In this document: positions 39,469 through 48,540 of the stretch, in pieces
Position numbering within the stretch: position 1 is the stretch's first letter
Layout of the letters: the number at the start of each line of letters is the position of its first letter
The notes under the pieces: generated by a model
Seen by the model: only the letters and a program-made list of their open reading frames with translations
Databases searched by the model: none
Told to the model about the DNA's origin: nothing
Position numbers and translations under genes: made by a program
Virus record (IMG/VR): IMGVR_UViG_3300035137_000026
Coordinates: 96,001-160,000 of that record
Length of the DNA: 64,000 nucleotides
From: a virus
Reading direction: 5' to 3' (one strand)

Positions 39469-40314
39469 TTACCACCATAGAAGATTGCTGTATCCAGCCT
39501 TGTCTAAAAGCTTCTTTAGAGGATCTTCCTTCTGCAGAAATTCAAATTCAAAGTTGCAGAATGCATTCTTCTGAATGTAGCTTACGTTGCCAGACTTGTA
39601 CTCTCGTTTCATCTGCTCGAATTGGCTATAGGCCTTGTCTTGGCCTGCTCCAGAACTCTTCTCTTGGCTGGTGTTGATGGGCTTCCAATTGTTTACAAAC
39701 TCTTGTGTTTGCTGGTTGTACTGTAGGCCACAGTGTTTGTAGAGATCTTTGGCTAGCGACGTGCGCCCCTGGGTGGTCTTCGACAACTCTCCGTCTATAG
39801 GGAATAGCAACATTCTGGCAGGCGGCACGACAAGTATATCCATAAAGGTTTGACAGATTCTTCTTGCTTCCTTGTGTCTTTGCTCTATCGGCCTTATATT
39901 GGGTAGTTTCCTACCGTATCCATACCAGCCCTGCCACGAACGAGTCATAATAGCTAGGAACGGGTCTCGTAGAGGAGACACAAATGATATATCGAGCGGA
40001 TCGGCGTGATGTAGAATCTTCATTATTGGCTTGCCTCTGTGCCAGTGATGCCCCTTAATAAGAAGCAACTCTAAATTACTCCACATCTTAAATACTTTGT
40101 CATCGGGCTTTGCAGACTTCTTAATCAGTATTCTGAGCTGATTACCACTAATAGGAGATTGGAAATTGTAGTCTTCATAGTTCATGCCATCATGATAGCG
40201 GTTGCCAAACCACATATCGTCAACTTGGCACCACTTGTTTGTACTCTGCCGCTGTAGATCCATTACAAAGTGAGTGCCAGTGTGGGGTATTGTATACGTA
40301 AAGATTGTTTTCAT
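39469..40314 (-). CDS. Sulfotransferase-like P-loop protein
   Basis: YTIPHTGTHF and FVSPLRDPFLA; colinear with 37930-38745 through to GYSNLLWW. Confidence 0.6.
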   Translation of the reverse strand: MKTIFTYTIPHTGTHFVMDLQRQSTNKWCQVDDMWFGNRYHDGMNYEDYNFQSPISGNQLRILIKKSAKPDDKVFKMWSNLELLLIKGHHWHRGKPIMKILHHADPLDISFVSPLRDPFLAIMTRSWQGWYGYGRKLPNIRPIEQRHKEARRICQTFMDILVVPPARMLLFPIDGELSKTTQGRTSLAKDLYKHCGLQYNQQTQEFVNNWKPINTSQEKSSGAGQDKAYSQFEQMKREYKSGNVSYIQKNAFCNFEFEFLQKEDPLKKLLDKAGYSNLLWW

Positions 40315-41201
40315 TGACCCATTAAATCCTGTAACTTTTTAACAACCTCAGCAGTTTCTAGCTCTTGAAACTTGTGTGGTGGAAGTTCATAAGCGTGAGT
40401 CCACTTTTCTTCATATGCCCAGTTTCCTGTCTCTCCTCCGTGCTGCATGACACTTCGTTGGTTGCCATGCTCGTCACGGGTAGGATAGAAGTATACAGAT
40501 GGTACACTATTTGTCCACGCCGCAGATAGCATGCTACTGTGCGCACCAATAAATCCCGCTGCCTCTCTAACGATAGCAGCTCCAAGACGTAAAGATGTTA
40601 GGTTAATCATATTGTGGATTTTGGGGCCAGATACATCAAGCACCTCGTCCTGACAACGAATACCCATGCGTCCCCGTTCTGAGTGTCCCAGGATAACAAC
40701 TGGAGTTCCTAGTCGTTGAAGCTCTTCTATTACTTCAATATACTTAAAGTCTGGGAAACACTTGTACTTCCCGTCCTTAGGATGTGGTCGACAGCCTCTA
40801 TGTGGAAGACCAGCAAATGGGTGAATAACAACATATGGCTCTTGTCTTATCTCGTCTAGAATCTTAGTCTCTGTTGGAGACAGATATAGCTTGTTTAGAC
40901 TTGGTTTAATTTGGTTGTTAGAAGCATATTTTTTTATGTCTTCTGTTAAAACCATTTGCTTCCACATCCGTTCGTCCGGATGCCCAGGCGGCTTCCAGTC
41001 ATGAGTAAGAATTGCATCGATATGGGGATTGAGTTCGATCAACTCTCTTGCTGTAGAAGAATGACATGTGATTATGGCTATAATTTTGATGTCTTTATCA
41101 TGCTTCTTTACGTTCTCGACTAGTTTCCACTGAGGCTTCTTGAAGTATGTGTATATAAAGTCTCCGACTCCCCCTCCTGCTCGTACATGTAATATGGTCA
41201 T
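40311..41201 (-). CDS. Glycosyltransferase, GT9 (heptosyltransferase-like, GT-B fold)
   Basis: GGGVGDFIY, PYVVIHPFAG, FIGAHSSMLSAA. Confidence 0.7.
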   Translation of the reverse strand: MTILHVRAGGGVGDFIYTYFKKPQWKLVENVKKHDKDIKIIAIITCHSSTARELIELNPHIDAILTHDWKPPGHPDERMWKQMVLTEDIKKYASNNQIKPSLNKLYLSPTETKILDEIRQEPYVVIHPFAGLPHRGCRPHPKDGKYKCFPDFKYIEVIEELQRLGTPVVILGHSERGRMGIRCQDEVLDVSGPKIHNMINLTSLRLGAAIVREAAGFIGAHSSMLSAAWTNSVPSVYFYPTRDEHGNQRSVMQHGGETGNWAYEEKWTHAYELPPHKFQELETAEVVKKLQDLMGQ

Positions 41202-41203
41202 GC

Positions 41204-43183
41204 CTATCTCCTAAATTTCTTCTTGACTACTTCGGCAACCTGCTTAGCTCTTATGGCTAACATGCATTTAGAGTGTCCTCGAATTGTGTTTAGCTGCTTA
41301 CAGGGTATTCTACTGTTTCTCCAGCAAGGAATACAGTCCATATCTGATTTTATCACAGTCACATTATCGTAGCCCTTACATCGAGGCCTATAGTCTATAG
41401 GACCAAATAGAGCTATGGTGGGTATGTTTAGGGCCGCTCCGAAGTGAAGGAGGCTGGTGTCCACAGTAATGAGTCCATCGCACTGCTCAAGAATCGCTAT
41501 GGATTTCTGGAGTGGGAAGCCACAGGCATCAATCACGTTTTTGAAAACGTGTTCTCTTGAGTGATCAATTAATATTAGCTCAAAGTGTGGACCCAGCAAC
41601 TCAGATAGCTGGTGGAAGTACTTCTCAGGCCAGTTGCGATACATTTCGGCGCTTCGCAGCCCGACAGCTATCTTTGGCTTATTAGAGGATACCGTCTTTG
41701 CAATGAAGTCTTTTGCCCACTGTCTATGGTCATCGTGTACTATATATTTAGGCTTTAGTTCATGTACGATTTCTCTGACTCCAGCTGCTTCAGCGTATAT
41801 CTCAACACGACTTTTCTGTACATCCTTGCCTGCAGCCACCCTAGCAGATTCGTATCTGGCACATGGCGATGATAGATCAATAATGGCGTAGTATCTTTTG
41901 GGATTGATATGTGCATCCGCATCTATTAGCCTATGAACACTAGGGTTATTTTGCAGAACAGGCCATAGTTTACTCTGGCAAGCGACCTCAATGCGTTTGT
42001 CTGGATGCTTTTCCTTGATAGCCTCGAGCGTGGGCGTAACCATTAACATATCACCAATACCGTCTGTAATTCGCCGCACCAGAATGACAGGGTCCTGATT
42101 CTTATCAGTAAGATCTTTGCCGTATGTTATGTGTGCGGCCGTTATGTAGTTACTAGTAATTTTCCTTCTGATTGCTACTTTCACATCTTCTGGTGTTACA
42201 CCAGTGAGGCACGCAAACTTATTACCCTGGCTCTTGGTGCATCGTGGGCTGTACCAACAGAACTGGCACGGGAGCTTCTTTAACAACACGGTGCAGTTGG
42301 AGTAGTAGTTGCATCTGCTCTCTGGGGGCACAGGACCAAAAATTGCAATGATTTTCTTTTGGAGTGCGCCGGCCAAATGAAGCATGCCGCTATCAGGACA
42401 GACAGTTACCTCACAGCAATCCATGATGGCCGCAACCTCCGTGAGCTTGTGATCTGCTATTATAGTTACGTTACTCTTCTTGTGTCTCTCCCATCTCTCG
42501 ACAGTGTTACCCCAGTCGAATAGAAAGACATGTAAGTCATCGTCTTCAGCCAACAAGTCTATTAGGGTGCCGATGTGATTGAGTGGCCATGTACGTCTGG
42601 CATCGTTGCTGCGAGCCTGGATGGCAATTAGAGTTTTTTGGCCTTTTACATGTTTCTTGATAAACCTGTCGGCCCACTTCCGTTCTTCCTTCTCAATAAT
42701 GTAGATTGGAATAGGATCTGCAGATACATCTATGCCTACGGCATTAGCAAACATGTCTATTCTGTTAGGTGGTATAGTTCCAGGCTTCTCTTGGTCTAAT
42801 CCAGTGGAGGTGATGTCTACAACATAATCGTATTCTGGGTCTCGAGCATCATGAAAAGGTATCAGCGTGTCTACATACGGATTATGTCTAATGATGTCAG
42901 CCAGTGCCCCCTGCGAGTACTTCATGTCAGTAGCATAGGTAATGTGACACTGTGGGATAACCATCTTAATAGCCTTAGTTATTGGCGTTGTCATGAGAAC
43001 ATCGCCAATACCACCCAACCTACGCTTCAAGCAGATTCGTGGGCTCACAGATCGCCTAAGCCTGCTGATCTTAATACGAGTTCCTTCGACCTTCTTCTTT
43101 GAGCTGGCGTTGACAACTCTAGCTGGCCTTGGGGATCTCCTATGTTTTGGGGTTATTACTCCATGCTTCATTTTGTTGGCCAT
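41204..43183 (-). CDS. Tandem double GT9 glycosyltransferase
   Basis: Two full GT9 units: RRLGGIGDVLMTTP...DSGMLHLAGAL..IAIFGP and RITDGIGDMLMVTP...DTSLLHFGAAL..IALFGP; basic N-terminal extension. Confidence 0.85.
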   Translation of the reverse strand: MANKMKHGVITPKHRRSPRPARVVNASSKKKVEGTRIKISRLRRSVSPRICLKRRLGGIGDVLMTTPITKAIKMVIPQCHITYATDMKYSQGALADIIRHNPYVDTLIPFHDARDPEYDYVVDITSTGLDQEKPGTIPPNRIDMFANAVGIDVSADPIPIYIIEKEERKWADRFIKKHVKGQKTLIAIQARSNDARRTWPLNHIGTLIDLLAEDDDLHVFLFDWGNTVERWERHKKSNVTIIADHKLTEVAAIMDCCEVTVCPDSGMLHLAGALQKKIIAIFGPVPPESRCNYYSNCTVLLKKLPCQFCWYSPRCTKSQGNKFACLTGVTPEDVKVAIRRKITSNYITAAHITYGKDLTDKNQDPVILVRRITDGIGDMLMVTPTLEAIKEKHPDKRIEVACQSKLWPVLQNNPSVHRLIDADAHINPKRYYAIIDLSSPCARYESARVAAGKDVQKSRVEIYAEAAGVREIVHELKPKYIVHDDHRQWAKDFIAKTVSSNKPKIAVGLRSAEMYRNWPEKYFHQLSELLGPHFELILIDHSREHVFKNVIDACGFPLQKSIAILEQCDGLITVDTSLLHFGAALNIPTIALFGPIDYRPRCKGYDNVTVIKSDMDCIPCWRNSRIPCKQLNTIRGHSKCMLAIRAKQVAEVVKKKFRR

Positions 43184-43195
43184 GCAGAGCCTCTG

Positions 43196-43777
43196 TTAGG
43201 TGGTTTTGATGAACTCGAAATTAATTGATGGCTTGAAGTTCTCGTCGTCGAAATACTCCGCCTCTGTAGTACCAAAGACCTCGCCGGTAGCATGAAAGCT
43301 GCCAGGCTCTGCATTGTGGACTGTATAAACAAGGTGGGTTACGAGCATAGTCTTGTCAGCTAGAATTTCACCAATCTTGTCACCTAGTTCTGTGTGGAAT
43401 CTAGGTTCGTCAGAATTCAGCATCCGTGTCCGAATGTTGTCAACTCTACGCTGGCTTGGATAGTCGCCCAACTTGATTTCCATTCGGAAGATGTTGGGGC
43501 GGCTTCTCATGAGAGTCTTGCAGTACTGCTGTGCTCTCTCTAGGCTCATGCTGCGGATGTCAGTAATGCCTGCCATTGGTGGCGGACTGGCTGGGTCCAT
43601 ATCGTAATAGTCATATGTAACCCTCATGCGCTGAACACCTTTGCCACTAGCATTAATAGCCTTGACAATGCTGCTCTGATCTTTGGCATACTCGGCAACT
43701 TCCTGATGTGTGGGGTTCCGGCCGAAAAGACCAGACGATGGATTTCTTACTGCATTGGGATCGAACTCTTTAGTCAT
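43196..43777 (-). CDS. Hypothetical protein
   Basis: 193 aa, coupled to neighbours; no motif recognised. Confidence 0.55.
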   Translation of the reverse strand: MTKEFDPNAVRNPSSGLFGRNPTHQEVAEYAKDQSSIVKAINASGKGVQRMRVTYDYYDMDPASPPPMAGITDIRSMSLERAQQYCKTLMRSRPNIFRMEIKLGDYPSQRRVDNIRTRMLNSDEPRFHTELGDKIGEILADKTMLVTHLVYTVHNAEPGSFHATGEVFGTTEAEYFDDENFKPSINFEFIKTT

Positions 43778-44355
43778 TTTTGACTCCTCCAGTTTAATGT
43801 CTCTTGCAAGTCAGACAGCATCGTAGCAACTGTTCTTCTGTCTATTTTTAGTAACTTAGCAAGTCCTTGAGCTGTGAGCTGCCTCTGATCAGCTGCAAGT
43901 ATCATATATATAAGATATTTTTCGCTTCTTGTAAAGCATTTTCCTACATATCTGTCTTCCCATAGGATATTTGGGACGGTCCAATAGAACTCCTCATCCA
44001 GGGCATACTCACCACCAGTATCAACGAGACCACTAGGCTCCTCTAATGGACACATGTACTTTTCAACTCTGGAGAGCATGTCGGCTACCCGTCTAGGTAT
44101 CTGAGCCTCTAGGTAAGGCACAATAGAACTAGTATACTTCTTGTGCTCTCTAAACAGCTGTTCACAAAGCATAAACAACTCTGATTCAGCTTCAGCTGCC
44201 AGCAACCCCTTCTTCATGAGAGACCTCTTAGCCCAGCCTAACAGAGGCCTAAGCAATATATAGAATGCATAGACCCTGTCCTGCTGGCTAGTCTCAGGAG
44301 TGTAGAATATGGCTCTCTCGTATTTACGAAAGAGGTGTTTGCGGCGTAGCTTCAT
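43774..44355 (-). CDS. Putative sigma-factor-like protein with a C-terminal HTH
   Basis: AESELFMLCEQLF...SSIVPYLEAQIPRRVADMLSR resembles region 2; LTAQGLAKLLKIDRRTVATML is an HTH like region 4. Confidence 0.45.
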   Translation of the reverse strand: MKLRRKHLFRKYERAIFYTPETSQQDRVYAFYILLRPLLGWAKRSLMKKGLLAAEAESELFMLCEQLFREHKKYTSSIVPYLEAQIPRRVADMLSRVEKYMCPLEEPSGLVDTGGEYALDEEFYWTVPNILWEDRYVGKCFTRSEKYLIYMILAADQRQLTAQGLAKLLKIDRRTVATMLSDLQETLNWRSQK

Positions 44356-47162
44356 TCGACTACTGATGGGCCGATCGCTGGATGTTGGTACTCCGGAAGG
44401 AATCTCTCGGCGTGGCCGTCATACATAGCTGGCAATCTGTCGTTGAAGGCTCTTAAGATCTCTAGAGCACAGCCTCTGATGATTGGGTGAGCTGGCTTAT
44501 CACATCTCATATTGAAAACGTGCATCCACTCTCTTAGGTTGGCGGATATAACAATCTCAGACTTAAGACCAATAGGTAACACGGATCTAGCAATCTGAGC
44601 CTTGACACCCATGTCGATAAGCTTCATGTAGTGCTGCTCACAGTGGCGCATGGCAGCTTCCCACTCGTCTTGCTGCTCGGGTGTCATACCAGGCTGCTTA
44701 ACAACTGTAATCTCAGCATCGAACTTGCCTCTGGAGTAATTACAATACCTTGTAGACTCCTGTGCAAAGCTAGCAATCCTGTGACGTACTAGCTCGTGAG
44801 TGTTTCCAGACCAAAATGCTTTGCCATTTCGTCTAACATATAGTGTCCCATTGGGGACTGTAACGCAACGAATCTTGCCCTTGTAATGTTTCTTAGACCA
44901 GTGTTTCTTATTAAATAGATGTTCGTTAGTCCTATCGGTTACAGACACAATGTACTGGATTACTTTGTTGGTGATGGTATTCCCATTCTTCATTTCTCGT
45001 GACTGGCCTCGCCTGTCGTCGGTTCTTATAGAGGCACATCGCCCACCCTTCATAAATAGCTCTTGTAGGTCCCCAGCAAATCCATAGCTAGCTGTATATA
45101 CAACAGTATGGCCGTTCTCTTTATGAATGTTACCGTCTCCAGCCACGACGCCTTCCAAGAATGCTCTAATGTAGTTTGAGTTAGCATGTTTAATCCAGGT
45201 TGGACATCTGCCAGTATATGTTTTCTTCTGGTCTCTAGGGAACCACTTTCTAAGAAACTTATATAGCTCAGTGTTGTTTATTCGAAAACCGTCAGGTTTC
45301 TCTTGAAACTTCCATCCTAATCCGCTTAGTACTTTCTTAATATATCGTCTTCCAGATTCTTTAGTCTGCGAGATAGTTACTCGTCCACCAGTGTCTTTAC
45401 TCTTCCATAATGAACCATCAGTGATCCATATACCCATAAATCTAGCAAAGTCTAGTTTGTGTATTTGTGGAAAGAGATAAGCATATGGAGAGTCTTTACG
45501 AAAGCAGTTCTCCCCTATGTCTCGGAATAGCCCTCTAAGAAATTTTACCCGCCGCCCATAGATCTCTTCTGCTCTACTAATTTTCCAATTTTTGTCTTTC
45601 CTTGAATCGTAGTGAAACCAGAACATTCTGTGATTCGGAGTAACTGCAAAGTCTACAATGGTAGACTTGCCGTAGATAAGTTCGCCATCCCAATCTTCTT
45701 CTGTATAATCTAATCTTTTCTGGTACTCTGCGCCTTCTGTCTCAGTATTCATTGTTAAAAACAAATCATCATCTGTTGTGTCTTCAAATTTCTTCCAGCC
45801 ATCATAGGTTAGGACTTCTGTCTGATCGTCATAACATAGTCCTCGGTCGGCGCTAATACGAGCTGAGGCCATTGCATGCTCAAGCATCGCATGGTGGCCC
45901 CTGTCCCTAAGCATCCTAATGAACTTAGGAGCAGACTCCTCTGTGATCTTGTCCTCTGACTTATAACAGTTTCCGATCCACATCGACTTTCCATTATCTC
46001 TGATGCAGATGATACCATTGTCAGTAGAGGGGCAATACACCTTGCCACTATACTCTTCTTCAATCAACTGGTCTGGCTTAATGATCCAAGAATCTCGTTG
46101 GGATTCTTCAGCATAATATATCCCATTACAGTTTCTCCAGTGTTCTGAATCCATGAACCCAACTGATGCGTTCTTTCCTGTTAGTATCCATAATTCCTGA
46201 ACTTGATCGACTAGGGCCTTGTTGATTGACAGATATCTTTCCGTCCTCGTTGTATTTCCAGAACCGTCACCCATATATAGAATGTCTAGAAAATAACTGA
46301 TCATTTCAGAAGATAGCTCCCTAACCAAGTTTGGTATCCTCTTATTCTCAGAATAGCGACCACAATGTTCTTCGACCCACTCTACAAAAGGTCTACCCTC
46401 CCAGATTCTAAAAGTATGGATGTGTAATCTCCTAGAATCTGGTATCACTGAGAACTGGAGACCTAGTTCGATTAAGGCTTCTTCTATCTTATAATACAGC
46501 TGTTCGTGTATACTCTGTGTAATTCCAATGTAAGATCCAGACCCTTTTGGCTTTCCGATGTGGCCTTCGGCAATGTAGGCTGCAAGAATAGTTAGGAAAT
46601 CTTGATTAACTTCATATGTCTTGCCTTTAATAGTTGTCTCATGTGATGGGTTTCTAGAGACGTATTTATAGTCATTTGTCTGAATATATTTTGTACAATT
46701 GTCTTCTCGTTGCAGTATGCTATCCTTGAAATATTTTGGAACCCACCATCCGTAATTGCGCTTATCATCTTTTAAACAACGTGCTTCCACAAAGCCATAT
46801 GGCTTAATAGTATCCTGGTGATGTGCCTTGCATGCAAACATTCTATGGTCGGGCGTTACTCTAAATTTAATATTTCTATGTCTTGAAGATAGCAAGCTCC
46901 CGCTAAAATCTTTTGCTACCATCTTTGATGGTTGGTATTGGAGCTGTTTCGTGTCACTGTTAAAGGTCAGCACTTTGTTAGTCGGCTCTATGGCTGAAGC
47001 TTCCTTCCATCCTTCGTCTGTTAGTATTTCAGTGTCCGGATGCAGGCACGTGCGCCCAACTCTCTCCAGCCACTGCTCTATAGTGGCGTATCCCTCTGGA
47101 ATGTGGAATACAATCTCATCAACCTTTGGTTCTGCTACTCTCATTTTGAACTCCATACCCAT
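44352..47162 (-). CDS. thyX: Flavin-dependent thymidylate synthase ThyX precursor with two inteins
   Basis: Exteins join to ERVGRT|CYKSE...GHHAMLEH...DRGL|THELVRHRIASFAQESTRY (RHR-X7-S motif); mature protein about 231 aa. Confidence 0.92.
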   Translation of the reverse strand: MGMEFKMRVAEPKVDEIVFHIPEGYATIEQWLERVGRTCLHPDTEILTDEGWKEASAIEPTNKVLTFNSDTKQLQYQPSKMVAKDFSGSLLSSRHRNIKFRVTPDHRMFACKAHHQDTIKPYGFVEARCLKDDKRNYGWWVPKYFKDSILQREDNCTKYIQTNDYKYVSRNPSHETTIKGKTYEVNQDFLTILAAYIAEGHIGKPKGSGSYIGITQSIHEQLYYKIEEALIELGLQFSVIPDSRRLHIHTFRIWEGRPFVEWVEEHCGRYSENKRIPNLVRELSSEMISYFLDILYMGDGSGNTTRTERYLSINKALVDQVQELWILTGKNASVGFMDSEHWRNCNGIYYAEESQRDSWIIKPDQLIEEEYSGKVYCPSTDNGIICIRDNGKSMWIGNCYKSEDKITEESAPKFIRMLRDRGHHAMLEHAMASARISADRGLCYDDQTEVLTYDGWKKFEDTTDDDLFLTMNTETEGAEYQKRLDYTEEDWDGELIYGKSTIVDFAVTPNHRMFWFHYDSRKDKNWKISRAEEIYGRRVKFLRGLFRDIGENCFRKDSPYAYLFPQIHKLDFARFMGIWITDGSLWKSKDTGGRVTISQTKESGRRYIKKVLSGLGWKFQEKPDGFRINNTELYKFLRKWFPRDQKKTYTGRCPTWIKHANSNYIRAFLEGVVAGDGNIHKENGHTVVYTASYGFAGDLQELFMKGGRCASIRTDDRRGQSREMKNGNTITNKVIQYIVSVTDRTNEHLFNKKHWSKKHYKGKIRCVTVPNGTLYVRRNGKAFWSGNTHELVRHRIASFAQESTRYCNYSRGKFDAEITVVKQPGMTPEQQDEWEAAMRHCEQHYMKLIDMGVKAQIARSVLPIGLKSEIVISANLREWMHVFNMRCDKPAHPIIRGCALEILRAFNDRLPAMYDGHAERFLPEYQHPAIGPSVVE
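44802..45836 (-). mobile_element. ThyX intein 2 (345 aa) with a LAGLIDADG endonuclease
   Basis: Starts CYDDQTEVLT, block B TPNH, MGIWITDGS and FLEGVVAGDGN motifs, ends WSGN followed by Thr +1. Confidence 0.9.
45969..47048 (-). mobile_element. ThyX intein 1 (360 aa) with a LAGLIDADG endonuclease
   Basis: Starts CLHPDTEILT, block B TPDH, AAYIAEGH and FLDILYMGDGS motifs, ends WIGN followed by Cys +1. Confidence 0.9.
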
Positions 47163-47187
47163 GCTCTATGGTGCTCTGATTTGCTCA

Positions 47188-47793
47188 TTATTCCCAACCT
47201 CTGATTTTGTCTGCATACTTCTTAGTTAGCTCGTCGTAGAAGAGGTACTTGAAGCCTTGTTTCTCGCAGAACTCAATATCCTTCTTCTTATACTTGTTAT
47301 AGATGATAATGATAGTCTTTGCTGCATCATCGGGATAACACTTCTTGAAGCGTCTGAGTTTGTTCCGGCTGCGGGCATCCATATATCCCTTAACCTCTAC
47401 CCAGCCCTGCTCTAATCCATCGGGTAGCTTCTTTCTGCCACGTATCTCAAAGTCCATTACATATACATGAGGTTTGGTCTTGTACCCCTCAAATGTAAAG
47501 GCCCGCTCCTCATACTTCCAGGGCACTCCTAAGTGCTGGAGTATCCTTGCGAAGTTTGCCTCTGTGGCCGACTTGAAGGAGTATGCGGGATGTACATCTT
47601 TCCGTACACCCTTCTTTGTCCGTGCAAAGTTGGCAGCCACAGTCTTGATTGTCTTAGACCCACGGCTGGACTTCGCTGTTTTCTTGTCACCACAATCTAC
47701 ACAGACAATCTTCATTGCCATCTTGTAGCCATCGCCCAAGTAAAACAATTCCTTGCCGCATACACTACAGCAAACAATTCTACTTCCTACCAT
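47188..47793 (-). CDS. PD-(D/E)xK endonuclease (T7 endonuclease I / resolvase-like) with an N-terminal Zn ribbon
   Basis: FKSATEANFA...WKYE...YVMDFEI...WVEVKGY; CSVC...CVDC at the N-terminus. Confidence 0.7.
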   Translation of the reverse strand: MVGSRIVCCSVCGKELFYLGDGYKMAMKIVCVDCGDKKTAKSSRGSKTIKTVAANFARTKKGVRKDVHPAYSFKSATEANFARILQHLGVPWKYEERAFTFEGYKTKPHVYVMDFEIRGRKKLPDGLEQGWVEVKGYMDARSRNKLRRFKKCYPDDAAKTIIIIYNKYKKKDIEFCEKQGFKYLFYDELTKKYADKIRGWE

Positions 47794-47798
47794 TTACA

Positions 47799-48209
47799 TC
47801 ATCCTTCCATATTAGTAACAAGTTGTTTCTGCTTTAACCCCTCGTTCCAGTCTTGTATTTTTACAGATTTCTTCCAGTTGCAGGAATTGCCATCCTCATC
47901 TGGAATATTACACTCATACTCAGCCGTGACTGTCTTCTCCTTGAGGTTCTTGGCAATACTCGGGATTACCCATTTGCCACAGACCTCGCAGCGCCTGTAG
48001 GCACCAGTAGTCAGCTGAATATCGTCTACGCTAGCCTCAATATCCACCTCTGGGACGAGCAGGGAGATTCGGATGAGTGCTTCATTCTCTTCTGGTACAA
48101 CATGGAGCTGGACTGCGTCTACTGTCTCAAGTTCCATGTCATTCAGGAATATAGAGATGTCGCCGGCCGCATCTCTAAGAATCTTAAGTTTGACTGTCGG
48201 TTTTGGCAT
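47799..48209 (-). CDS. Hypothetical protein with a C-terminal Zn-ribbon-like motif
   Basis: CEVC ... ECNIPDEDGNSC. Confidence 0.5.
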   Translation of the reverse strand: MPKPTVKLKILRDAAGDISIFLNDMELETVDAVQLHVVPEENEALIRISLLVPEVDIEASVDDIQLTTGAYRRCEVCGKWVIPSIAKNLKEKTVTAEYECNIPDEDGNSCNWKKSVKIQDWNEGLKQKQLVTNMEG

Positions 48210-48540
48210 CGTCGTCTCCTAGCATAATATGTGGGTACGGCTCGGCTTCTTTGACCGACTGTAGCATGCTCTCGGGGATTTTGATTGTCAAGCCCTTCTT
48301 GTCATCGGACATTGCTTCTTGTTCTTCATCCTCTTCTCCTACACAGACGTAATCAAATGTCCACTTAGATGAGACCCAGTGACAGCTGGAGCATTCTACC
48401 GGCTCATCCATACCATCATCGTAGCGGCCATCATATTCGAATTCTTGCATACAGTTTGGGCAATTTAGGATAATTGTCATGGGTTCCTCCAGCGTGGCAA
48501 CTGTTAAATTTTGCTCACTTGGACATCCGTACATACTCAT
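48184..48540 (-). CDS. Small Zn-ribbon protein
   Basis: CPNC...CSSC; start moved to MSMYGCP at 48540 (ATGA overlap with the upstream small ORF). Confidence 0.5.
   Translation of the reverse strand: MSMYGCPSEQNLTVATLEEPMTIILNCPNCMQEFEYDGRYDDGMDEPVECSSCHWVSSKWTFDYVCVGEEDEEQEAMSDDKKGLTIKIPESMLQSVKEAEPYPHIMLGDDDAKTDSQT

Noticed and set aside
40311-43183. Host LPS operon contamination or a bacterial island
   Set aside because: The genes are translationally coupled to phage-type neighbours on both sides, and no lipid A, core-ligase or transport genes are present.
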